From: a bacterium
GTDB taxonomy: Bacteria; Patescibacteriota; Minisyncoccia; Phycocordibacterales; UBA12088
DNA length: 64,000 nt
Reading direction: 5' to 3'
NCBI GenBank assembly: GCA_003252295.1
Contig: QKEV01000013.1
Coordinates: forward strand, 25,920 to 89,919
In this document: in pieces, positions 10,074-18,481 of the stretch
Layout of the letters: every line of letters begins with the position of its first letter
Position numbering within the stretch: position 1 is the stretch's first letter
Made by a program: the position numbers and the translations under genes
The notes under the pieces: model-generated
Told to the model about the DNA's origin: nothing
What the model saw: the letters and a program-made list of their open reading frames with translations, nothing else
The model's database searches: none

Positions 10074-10970
10074 ATGGATTACCTACCCTACAACAAACGA
10101 ACACCAGACACACAGTACACTGACCTACTCAGACGAATTCTTACTACAGGACGAGAGGTAAAACCAATCCATGGAGAGAAAGCATACATGGTAGTTGGAC
10201 ACGTAATGCACTTCGACATGAGGAACGGTTTTCCTCTTCTCCCGATACGAGACCTCAGTAAATCATACAAGGGTGCTATCGGTGAGCTAGTCGGCTTCCT
10301 GCACGGAGCACGCACCTTGGAAGACCTTCGATCCTACGGTTGTCCTGATGTTTTCTGGGACAAGTGGGTTACCAAAGAACGTTGTGACATTTTCAACCTT
10401 CCTGAGCATGACTTGGGAGATGGTTCCTATGGTCCAGGCTGGACACATGTTCCCATGCCTGACGGCAACCACTTCAACCAGATAGAGCATGTACTCAAGC
10501 AGATTAAGGAAATGCCCTTCTTGCGCACACACATCGTCTCACCATGGATACCGTTTTACACCCTGCAGCACAGTGAACTCAAACGAAAGGTGGTGGTAGC
10601 ACCATGTCATGGTTGGATACACATTCTCGCCTTCCCCGAAACAAAGGAGCTTACATTGCACCATTTTCAGAGAAGCGGTGATGTGCCTGTCGGTGTAGTG
10701 CTCAACATGGTTGAGTATGCAACACTGGGCATGCTCATTGCTCGGGAAATTGGCTACACGTTTGTTGAGTATGTACACACCATAAGTGATGCACATATGT
10801 ACGAAAGTCAAATACCATTCGTGGAGGAACTTCTCAAACGAGAGCCAAAACCGTTCCCTACCATGACACTTAGTGAAAAGGTGGCAACTGTACTCGACGC
10901 CCGTAGAGAGGACTTTACCATCAGTGATTATGACCCACATCCACACATGGTGATACCAACACCAGTATAG
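10074..10970 (+). CDS. thyA: Thymidylate synthase ThyA family (divergent)
   Basis: GFPL, APCH (catalytic Cys), QRSGD, conserved Asn (GVVLN), DAHMY, YDPHP. Confidence 0.9.
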   Translation: MDYLPYNKRTPDTQYTDLLRRILTTGREVKPIHGEKAYMVVGHVMHFDMRNGFPLLPIRDLSKSYKGAIGELVGFLHGARTLEDLRSYGCPDVFWDKWVTKERCDIFNLPEHDLGDGSYGPGWTHVPMPDGNHFNQIEHVLKQIKEMPFLRTHIVSPWIPFYTLQHSELKRKVVVAPCHGWIHILAFPETKELTLHHFQRSGDVPVGVVLNMVEYATLGMLIAREIGYTFVEYVHTISDAHMYESQIPFVEELLKREPKPFPTMTLSEKVATVLDARREDFTISDYDPHPHMVIPTPV

Positions 10971-10980
10971 AGAGGTGACT

Positions 10981-11451
10981 ATGTCAGACTCAGATAACAA
11001 GAAACACGTCAACCTTGCTCATGCTCGTGTTGACTATCAGAAAAAGGTGATGAAAAAGATACAAGGGGATGATAAATGTCCTTTCTGCCTTGAACACCTG
11101 ATGCAATACCACACTGAACCCATACTTCTCGAGACAGAATACTGGGTACTCACGAAAAATTTTGCACCTTATAAGGGAACAAAGCACCACTACCTACTCA
11201 TTACCAAAAAACACTGTGTTGGTTTCTGGGAACTTCCAGATGAGGCAAAAATCGACCTGTTCAACATTCTTGATCAAGTACGGCAACAGGATGCAATGAA
11301 AGGAGGTACACTCGTAATGCGCTGGGGGGATACTGAGTACACAGGTGCATCAGTTGTACACTTGCATGCTCAACTTGTAGTAGGGACCTCACGAGAAGAA
11401 GGTACTCAACCAATCCTCACCGCGCTTGGGTACCAGGTAAAGGAAGCCTAA
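10981..11451 (+). CDS. HIT-superfamily nucleotide hydrolase/transferase (HxHxQ type)
   Basis: CPFC, NFAPY, H.L.I.KKH, GASVVHLHAQL. Confidence 0.85.
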   Translation: MSDSDNKKHVNLAHARVDYQKKVMKKIQGDDKCPFCLEHLMQYHTEPILLETEYWVLTKNFAPYKGTKHHYLLITKKHCVGFWELPDEAKIDLFNILDQVRQQDAMKGGTLVMRWGDTEYTGASVVHLHAQLVVGTSREEGTQPILTALGYQVKEA

Positions 11452-12284
11452 CCTTCGTCTTGCACGAGTACCACCTCAACACCTGAGGCTTTGAAAATAT
11501 CTTCTGCGTCAAGCATGGAATACCCATCCTTGTAGTACACCTTTTTGATGCCCGCTTCTGTAAGGAGGCGGGCACAATTTGCACAAGGAAATGTTGTCGC
11601 ATATATTTCAGCACCTTTCAAACTTACCCCCTCCTTTGCTGCCTGCGCAACAATACTCGCCTCACTATGAAGAGAGGTGTATATCTCAGGATGTTCACCT
11701 GCATCAAAGTTATCTCGAGGATTCCCGGCTGCAAAAAGATTGTAATCCGTTGGCATATACTTGATGTGGCCTTTAAGTACAATATTATTGTTCACAAGCA
11801 CAACTGAACCTATTTGCCTCCACCAGTCAGCACTTTTTTGTGCCTCTTCCACAGCACACTGCATACACTTTTTATCAAACTCCTTTTTTGAAATAACTCT
11901 ATCAGGAGACACTTCAAGTTCTCGAAGGGTAATAGGTTTATCCCATCGTAGAAACACGTTTTCATAGGTTACTGTATTCTTTGAGAAGTACTTCTCAGCA
12001 ATACCATGACTTACATCCTCATCAGGCATTACCACCTCACATTCTTTTTCAACTATTTCTTTTACTTGCTCTTCAGTAAGCACCTCTACTGTTTCAAATA
12101 TTTCCAAACCTTGTATAGCATGCACCATTTCCTCAACAGGAAGCTGTCGCAGGTCACGTATTAAACGCGGAAAGTCCTCACTCACAAACTGAGGGCCTAA
12201 AAGGTACAAAGCACCTTTGTGTTTTTCAAATAGTTTGAGATACCCGCTGTGCAAAACTGGCACGTATGCTACGAGACACTTCAT
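11448..12284 (-). CDS. dCMP/cytidine deaminase (ComEB-like) fused to an N-terminal nucleotidyltransferase-like domain
   Basis: C-terminal HSE...TTFPCANC Zn motif; N-terminal AYVPVLHSGY resembles a degenerate HxGH. Confidence 0.85.
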   Translation of the reverse strand: MKCLVAYVPVLHSGYLKLFEKHKGALYLLGPQFVSEDFPRLIRDLRQLPVEEMVHAIQGLEIFETVEVLTEEQVKEIVEKECEVVMPDEDVSHGIAEKYFSKNTVTYENVFLRWDKPITLRELEVSPDRVISKKEFDKKCMQCAVEEAQKSADWWRQIGSVVLVNNNIVLKGHIKYMPTDYNLFAAGNPRDNFDAGEHPEIYTSLHSEASIVAQAAKEGVSLKGAEIYATTFPCANCARLLTEAGIKKVYYKDGYSMLDAEDIFKASGVEVVLVQDEG

Positions 12285-12892
12285 TACTCTTTCATTTTAT
12301 TAAGTGAGTCCATCACCAGTTTTGGTATTTGATCGGTAATTCTTCGTGCAAGTTGATCCGCACCATCTATGGTCAAGAATCGTATACGCGCAGTAGTGCT
12401 CGTTGTTGCTTGTGGTGGTAAGGTTACAATCTTCCCGCAGTACTTCTCGTACACAGCAACATCTCGCGCTGGAAAATCTTTGGTGCTTTTTGAAGTAACG
12501 AGTACGTCAGGTCTCACGGTACGAATCAGCTCACCTATCTCTACTCCGATATCTCGTTTTGTAAGAATAGAAACATGACGCAGGTGTGCAAGCATATTGA
12601 GACGCTCCTTAAACGGTACCACAGGACGGTTTGGACCCTTGCGTTCTCTTGTGAACTCATCGGTATCTACCCCAACAATGAGCACATCACCGTAGGATAG
12701 AGCATTTTCAAGGTACTTTGCATGCCCCTCATGGAGGAGATCATACACACCCTGCGTGAGCACAACACGTAACCCTTTCTTCTGCAGCAAACTAACGATA
12801 CGCTTCAACTCACCATAATCAGCCACGTATCGATCTTCAACGTTTGAGGCGGTATCAAGTATCCTTTCAATTTGAAACTCACTTCCCTCCAT
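12284..12892 (-). CDS. Cytidylyl/adenylyltransferase (RfaE domain II-like)
   Basis: TQGVYDLLHEGH, GDVLIVGVDTD, KGPNRPV, STT. Confidence 0.88.
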   Translation of the reverse strand: MEGSEFQIERILDTASNVEDRYVADYGELKRIVSLLQKKGLRVVLTQGVYDLLHEGHAKYLENALSYGDVLIVGVDTDEFTRERKGPNRPVVPFKERLNMLAHLRHVSILTKRDIGVEIGELIRTVRPDVLVTSKSTKDFPARDVAVYEKYCGKIVTLPPQATTSTTARIRFLTIDGADQLARRITDQIPKLVMDSLNKMKE

Positions 12893-12974
12893 AGCTTAGT
12901 AAAGTAAAGTATATCGGCAAAAATTACTTTTACCAACAAAGACAGTGGCAAATAGTAATGGTATAAATAACCAT

Positions 12975-13472
12975 ATGAAAAAACCCTATATAAGTTTTGT
13001 GGTAGCAATGGGACGCCATACGAGGGCTATGGGAAAGGATAACGACCTCCTCTGGAAGATCCCTGAAGATCAAAAATTCTTTAAAGATGTCACCATGGGT
13101 CACCCTATGATTATGGGTCGCAAGACCTTTGACTCCATAGGACGAGTACTCCCTGGACGTACAAACATAGTTATTACGAGAAACAAGAACTGGTCGCACA
13201 AGGGTGTGGTGGTAGTGCCTTCAATAGAAGAGGCATTCCGTATCGGTGAGTCGCTCGACAAGGAAGAGATTACTGTGATTGGTGGAGCACAGATCTTTGA
13301 GCTCTCCCTCCCCTACGTGACACGCCTCTACCTTACCCTCGTAGATGATGATGTTGAGGGTGACACCTACTTCCCACAGATGAGCCTGGAAGATTTTGAA
13401 AAGGTAGACAAAAAAAGCGGTGAGTATGAAGGTCTCACCTACGACATATACACGTTTGATAAGATTTCGTAA
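12975..13472 (+). CDS. folA: Dihydrofolate reductase
   Basis: GKDNDLLW.IPED..FF, IMGRKTFDSIGR.LPGR.NIVITR, IGGAQI, GDTYFP. Confidence 0.97.
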   Translation: MKKPYISFVVAMGRHTRAMGKDNDLLWKIPEDQKFFKDVTMGHPMIMGRKTFDSIGRVLPGRTNIVITRNKNWSHKGVVVVPSIEEAFRIGESLDKEEITVIGGAQIFELSLPYVTRLYLTLVDDDVEGDTYFPQMSLEDFEKVDKKSGEYEGLTYDIYTFDKIS

Positions 13473-13507
13473 AAATAAACAAAAAAACAGTACAAGGTGC
13501 AGAATGA

Positions 13508-13543
13508 AGGTATGTAATTAATTATATAATTAATTACATACCT
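13508..13543. repeat. Perfect 36-bp AT-rich palindrome between convergent genes
   Basis: AGGTATGTAATTAATTATATAATTAATTACATACCT is its own reverse complement. Confidence 0.9.
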
Positions 13544-13550
13544 AAAAACT

Positions 13551-14723
13551 CTATTTCCCTTGCACCGCTTTCACTACTGTCTTTACGAGCTTTGGGTTCG
13601 TGACCTTTGGAATGATACTTTCTACTGTTGGCTTCTTCACGAGTCCCGCTATTGCATACGCGACACGCACCTTCATGGCATCATCTATTTCCGTGATACC
13701 TGCATCGAGCACCCCTTTGAATATCCCCGGAAATGCGAGTGCATTGTTCACCTGGTTTGGAAAATCAGAACGTCCTGTTGCAACAACCTTTGCTCCTGCT
13801 TCTTTTGCTTCACTTGGCATGATTTCCGGTACAGGGTTTGCAAGTGCAAAGACAATAGCATCATCAGCCATACTCTTCACGTGCTCTTTGGTAATGGTAC
13901 CGGGACCTGAAACCCCGATTACCACATCAGCACCTTGTATCACCTCATCAAGACTTCCCTTCTCTCGATTTGGGTTTGTCACTTTTGCTAGTTTTCTCTT
14001 GTACTCCACCACACCCTTTCTACCAACGTATATAGCTCCTGTCCTGTCAGTTACCACAATATTCTTGATACCGGCAACGAGTAAGAGACGAGCTATCGCA
14101 TGGCCCGCAGCCCCAGCTCCCACGATAACCACTTTGAGCTTCTTCATATCTTTCCCTACCACTTGAGCTGCGTTCAGTATTCCTGCAAGCACCACCATAG
14201 CAGTACCGTGCTGATCGTCATGCATGACGGGGATGTCTAATTTTTTCTTGAGCGCTTCCTCTACCTCGAAGCATCGTGGTGCACTGATGTCCTCAAGGTT
14301 TATCGCACCAAGTCCAGGTGAGAGCAGTTCAATGGTCCGCACCAACTCACCTACATCCTGGGTTCCCAAAACGAGCGGTATACCATCCACTCCCGCCATT
14401 TCCTTCAGAATGGCACACTTTCCCTCCATGACCGGCAGCGCTGCAATTGCTCCTATGTTCCCAAGACCGAGGACCGCTGAGCCATCTGAGATGACCGCAA
14501 CCGTATTACTCTTTATTGTGTACTCTCGTGCTTGTTCTGGATGCTTTGCCAGGTGACTTGAGACGGCCCCAACTCCCGGAGTGTACATGGTGCTCCAGTC
14601 CGCTTCGCTCTTCAACTGCTGTTTTGATATCACCTCAAGCTTCCCCTTCATCTTCTTATGGAACGCAAGTGCACATTTTGCGTACTCTTTGTCTTTACAG
14701 ACAACACTTTTTCTAGATGTCAT
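13551..14723 (-). CDS. NAD(P)-dependent malic enzyme
   Basis: YTPGV, SDGSAVLGLGNIG, PVMEGK, NLEDISAPRCF, HDDQHGTA, GAGAAG, ALANPVPE, TGRSDFPNQVNN. Confidence 0.95.
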   Translation of the reverse strand: MTSRKSVVCKDKEYAKCALAFHKKMKGKLEVISKQQLKSEADWSTMYTPGVGAVSSHLAKHPEQAREYTIKSNTVAVISDGSAVLGLGNIGAIAALPVMEGKCAILKEMAGVDGIPLVLGTQDVGELVRTIELLSPGLGAINLEDISAPRCFEVEEALKKKLDIPVMHDDQHGTAMVVLAGILNAAQVVGKDMKKLKVVIVGAGAAGHAIARLLLVAGIKNIVVTDRTGAIYVGRKGVVEYKRKLAKVTNPNREKGSLDEVIQGADVVIGVSGPGTITKEHVKSMADDAIVFALANPVPEIMPSEAKEAGAKVVATGRSDFPNQVNNALAFPGIFKGVLDAGITEIDDAMKVRVAYAIAGLVKKPTVESIIPKVTNPKLVKTVVKAVQGK

Positions 14724-14841
14724 ATGTTTTAATTACAAGCCTACAGTATACCCCACAACGTATACTGTTCCCAGTCCACATTACTGCCGGTAAAAACAAA
14801 AGAGGTGATGATCACCTCTTTTGTATACCTCTATTAGTTTC

Positions 14842-15891
14842 CTAGTCTTTCTTTTCTGTATCTTTCTCATCCTTGTCATCCTTTTTTTCCTCTTCTTTCT
14901 TCTCAGTAGTAACAACCTTCTCCTTATCAGAAGAAACAGCTTCTTCAGGTTCCTTTACCCGTATCACTGCGTGTCGTACTGCAAGAATAATAACCATCAA
15001 CAGTAGCGGAACAACCGAACAAAACTGATCAAGGAAGAATGAGAAGATGAGTGCTACTCCTATTGTTGTCAAAATAGTAAAACTTGCCTGAGCAATCCGC
15101 TCAGCAGCACCTCGTGTTGCAGGTCGTAGTACATCTCCAATAGCAGCTATGAGGAGTGCAATGGTACCAACACCAACAGGCACTACCCAGAGTGAGGATT
15201 GCTTTGTTACCGCGATAAAGAACACGACAACACCTACACCACTCACTATGTAAAGTCGCTTCATTGAATCATGTGAACCAAGTGCTTCACGTGCTTCCTT
15301 TGAGAAACAGGTTGCACCTATGAGCGCTGCAAGTACCAACGCCCACACTATCCAAATATTATTACAACCATCATCAGTCGCTGATGACTCTTCTGTTGTA
15401 GCTGCAGCAACACTTCCCGCTTCCTCAGCAGCACCTCCTTCTGTACTTTCAATAATAGAAACACTTGGTGTAGCTGCCACATCGGTAAACATAAATGCTA
15501 TTTCAGCTGATGCTACCCATGCACCACTATCGAGTCGGCTCAAAGCCCTACAGTGATGTTCCTCATCTGAAAGTTCAGCAAGTGGCATAGCATGATCTTT
15601 TACTAACCCTTCGAGTACCGGGGTGCTCCATGTGTATCCAAAATTAACCTTACTCTCATCATAGGTAAATGGAGCCTGTGTTGCATTACCACATACCACC
15701 AAACTCTGTGCATACTGATTTGTCTCCCATACGATCGTTGCCGTCTTCTGTACACTGTCCACATCTGTCACATGTGCATTAGAAATACTAAGTGCTGCAC
15801 CTTCATCTTGAGCATGCACCTGACCAAAGAAACCTAGTGCGAACACAAAGAGTAAACCGGTCACTACTATTTTTTTGTAACTACTAAACAT
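14842..15891 (-). CDS. Exported FN3/Ig-like domain plus multi-TM hypothetical protein
   Basis: Signal peptide, TATIVWETN..AQS.V.CG beta domain, about 5 C-terminal TM segments, charged tail. Confidence 0.65.
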   Translation of the reverse strand: MFSSYKKIVVTGLLFVFALGFFGQVHAQDEGAALSISNAHVTDVDSVQKTATIVWETNQYAQSLVVCGNATQAPFTYDESKVNFGYTWSTPVLEGLVKDHAMPLAELSDEEHHCRALSRLDSGAWVASAEIAFMFTDVAATPSVSIIESTEGGAAEEAGSVAAATTEESSATDDGCNNIWIVWALVLAALIGATCFSKEAREALGSHDSMKRLYIVSGVGVVVFFIAVTKQSSLWVVPVGVGTIALLIAAIGDVLRPATRGAAERIAQASFTILTTIGVALIFSFFLDQFCSVVPLLLMVIILAVRHAVIRVKEPEEAVSSDKEKVVTTEKKEEEKKDDKDEKDTEKKD

Positions 15892-16292
15892 ACTTTAAAC
15901 ATTACTCTACCCCAAAAGCAGCACCTTTCGGCACCACCTACGAGTTAGGACTTATAAAGAGCAGAACACTGACGTATCCAGTGAACGAATACCTATATAG
16001 TAGCATCTCTTTTGGTAAAAAATGACACTAGGACACAGTTTTATTGTTGACGCAATACAATTTGTATATTATTAAAATAGAGACAGTTATCCACTTCCTT
16101 ACAGGTCTCAAGATGGATACGTACTTTGTAAGAAGGGTGTGCGCAACCCGACAGCTTCGCAGAAGCTGGTTTCCCTTTGGGGTACGGCATGCCCTTCTTA
16201 CAAAGCAGGTATCTTTTTACAAAAAAACAAAAGTTATTTAGAAACACCTTATTCACCCTTTTTCCACAAAATAATCACAGGGTTACCAAGTG

Positions 16293-16320
16293 TTGACATC
16301 TAAACGGCGAGGAGTAGGGT
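16293..16320 (+). promoter_or_regulatory. Putative sigma70 promoter for the repeat-protein operon
   Basis: TTGACA (16293-16298), 16 nt spacer, TAGGGT. Confidence 0.45.
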
Positions 16321-16445
16321 GGAATATACACCAAGGGAAACCAGCGACTTGCGTACTGACGCATGTAATACGTTCACCATGTCGCTACACACTACACAGA
16401 CACATACTCAAGGGGGAACATCTCTAGGGCGAGGTACGTCAACTC

Positions 16446-16474
16446 ACACGGCTAACAGGTCGTGTTTTTTATTT
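16446..16474 (+). terminator. Intrinsic terminator-like hairpin inside the long 5' leader
   Basis: ACACGGC/GTCGTGT stem followed by a T tract. Confidence 0.5.
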
Positions 16475-16656
16475 ACTCAAAAGCAAAATTACCTACAACG
16501 CACACGAAATTTTTAGGAAACAAAACTTCGTGTGGGCTGTACACACAAATAACGTAGGTTCACGCTGGTCGATACCCGTCTCAAAAGGAGACGGTACATT
16601 ATCAACTTTCTGTCTAACCCTTAATGACAGAACATTACAAAGGTAATGCAAATACC

Positions 16657-17901
16657 ATGAAAACAATAACAAAATCATTCATTGGTAGGACTGCAGTACT
16701 CGCACTGCTCCCTACCCTTGCACTTGGGCTATTCATGGCTCCTGCTATGGCAAGTGCGGATGGTAACCGCGGTGGATCACGTGACGGCATCACAACAGAG
16801 GTTGAGGTGACTAACGTAAATAATGCCGCTGTAGTAAACGCCTTCAGTGTACGAAGTGACACTGGTGGCAATACTGCAAACGGCGGTGATGGAGGTGAAA
16901 GCGGTGATACTGGAGACAGTGGTGATGGTGCAGGTTCTGGAGGAAGCGGAGGTGATGGAGGTGATGGGGGTAACGCCTCAGCTCGTAGCGGTGACCTATC
17001 CTACGCAGACAGTGGTGCAGGTGCACGTGGTGGCACTGGTGGAGATGGTGGCAACACCGGAAACACAGGTGCTAGCGGTGACACAGGAGATGGTGGTGAC
17101 GGTGGAAGGATAACTACCGGCAATGCCATTTCAACACTCACGGTCCAGAACGATGTCAACAGCAACAGAACTACTGTCGAAATTAGCAACGATTGTGATG
17201 AGTGTGCTCCATACAATGAATACTACATGGCAGCAGATGCCTACTATCAGGCAAATCACAGGAGTGCAAGTTCATACGAAGATCTCGGTGGAAGTGGCTC
17301 AGAAGCATACGATGGTCGTGGGGAAACAAGCTCAAGCTCATACGTTGACCGAGGTGAATCTGGAGCATCCTCAGAAAGCGGTTCTATGACCGGTGAGTCC
17401 AGTTGGGTTATGTACTCAAAAGAGTATGTGCCGGTACGTACTGAGGTTGAGGTTGAAAACGTTAACAACGGCTTTGTGCTCAACATGGGATCTGTTGAAT
17501 CTGAAACCGGTGACAATGCCGCTGACGGAGGTGACGGAGGTGAAAGCGGCACCACAGGAGACAGTGGTAGTGGTGCAGGTTCTGGAGGAAGTGGCGGTAT
17601 TGGAGGTGACGGTGGCAATGCACGAGCACTCACCAGCGATGATGATGGTGGTCGTGACCTCTGCTTCGACAGGAGAAGTGGATGTGGTGATGACGATGAT
17701 GGTGACGGTATGGCAATAGCTATTGCTGATGACGGTGGTGCAGGTGCTACCGGAGGTGAAGGTGGCAACACTGGAAACACAGGCGCGAGCGGCGACACTG
17801 GTACTGGTGGTAGCGGCGGCGTAGTGGTAACAGGTATAGCTGACTCACTTGCAGGTGTAGTAAATGTTACTAACCGCAATGTTACCCGTATTGTGCGTTA
17901 G
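16657..17901 (+). CDS. Secreted Gly-rich protein with two internal repeat modules (Asn-rich strands plus GGx tracts)
   Basis: Signal peptide ending AMASA; two copies of TEVEV.NVNN..V.N..SV.S.TG.N.A.GGDGGESG...TG.A...V.N..N.N. Confidence 0.85.
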   Translation: MKTITKSFIGRTAVLALLPTLALGLFMAPAMASADGNRGGSRDGITTEVEVTNVNNAAVVNAFSVRSDTGGNTANGGDGGESGDTGDSGDGAGSGGSGGDGGDGGNASARSGDLSYADSGAGARGGTGGDGGNTGNTGASGDTGDGGDGGRITTGNAISTLTVQNDVNSNRTTVEISNDCDECAPYNEYYMAADAYYQANHRSASSYEDLGGSGSEAYDGRGETSSSSYVDRGESGASSESGSMTGESSWVMYSKEYVPVRTEVEVENVNNGFVLNMGSVESETGDNAADGGDGGESGTTGDSGSGAGSGGSGGIGGDGGNARALTSDDDGGRDLCFDRRSGCGDDDDGDGMAIAIADDGGAGATGGEGGNTGNTGASGDTGTGGSGGVVVTGIADSLAGVVNVTNRNVTRIVR

Positions 17902-18049
17902 TGCCGTACGTGTGCGAAGCACAACATTCGGGTTGCGCGACGGAAGAAGGGGTAGACATAAAAACATGTCTCCCCCCTTCCACTAAGAACTTACAGGGCC
18001 TCAAAACACAGAACTCAAAACCAAGAACCCTTAAGTTCTTACGGAGGGT

Positions 18050-18481
18050 ATGAAGTACATAACTTATAACACCTATATGAGCATGTTTCTCCTCGTGGTA
18101 GTCATACCACAGGCAGCATTTGCGGAAACTGCTATTCATAACAACATTTCTGTTTCAACAAAAACAGGTGGCAACAGCGCACCAAATGGTGGCGAGATAG
18201 TGACCGGTTCACAACGTGCATCTGTACATATTGAAACCCGAGTTAACGATGAAGCGGTAACAGGTATACAAAAAACATCGGACCAAGATACTGTCATTCA
18301 CACGGCAACAGTTATCTCCACTTCCCCAACTGTATCCATTACTACTCAAAAGACACACCAAACCGCAGTTCTACCGCTTGAGTACGAGGTATCAAAAAAA
18401 GACACACACTTAATCCTTATCTCTCACCTCATTACTAGTTATTCAAAAACAATGGCTTATGTACTATCACATCACATGTAG
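18050..18481 (+). CDS. Small secreted protein with one TGGN...I.TG repeat
   Basis: Hydrophobic N-terminus ending AFA; NNISVSTKTGGN...IVTG...VHIETRVN. Confidence 0.6.
   Translation: MKYITYNTYMSMFLLVVVIPQAAFAETAIHNNISVSTKTGGNSAPNGGEIVTGSQRASVHIETRVNDEAVTGIQKTSDQDTVIHTATVISTSPTVSITTQKTHQTAVLPLEYEVSKKDTHLILISHLITSYSKTMAYVLSHHM

Noticed and set aside
11448-12284. AvcD/dCTP-deaminase antiphage system
   Set aside because: No P-loop domain, and the context is thymidylate metabolism rather than a defence island.
12284-12892. ADP-heptose (LPS) synthesis gene hldE/rfaE
   Set aside because: No kinase domain and no gmhA/gmhB or LPS genes nearby; only the fold is supported.
16087-16268. DnaA-box-like 9-mers (TTATCCACT, TTTTCCACA) as a possible oriC
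   Set aside because: Too few boxes and no dnaA/dnaN context; at most promoter-level sites.
16330-16470. Firm c-di-AMP or c-di-GMP riboswitch call
   Set aside because: Only scattered words match and the required helices could not be built by eye; kept as an unassigned leader.
16657-17901. PE-PGRS or collagen homology
   Set aside because: No PE domain and no long strict Gly-X-Y run; the similarity is compositional.
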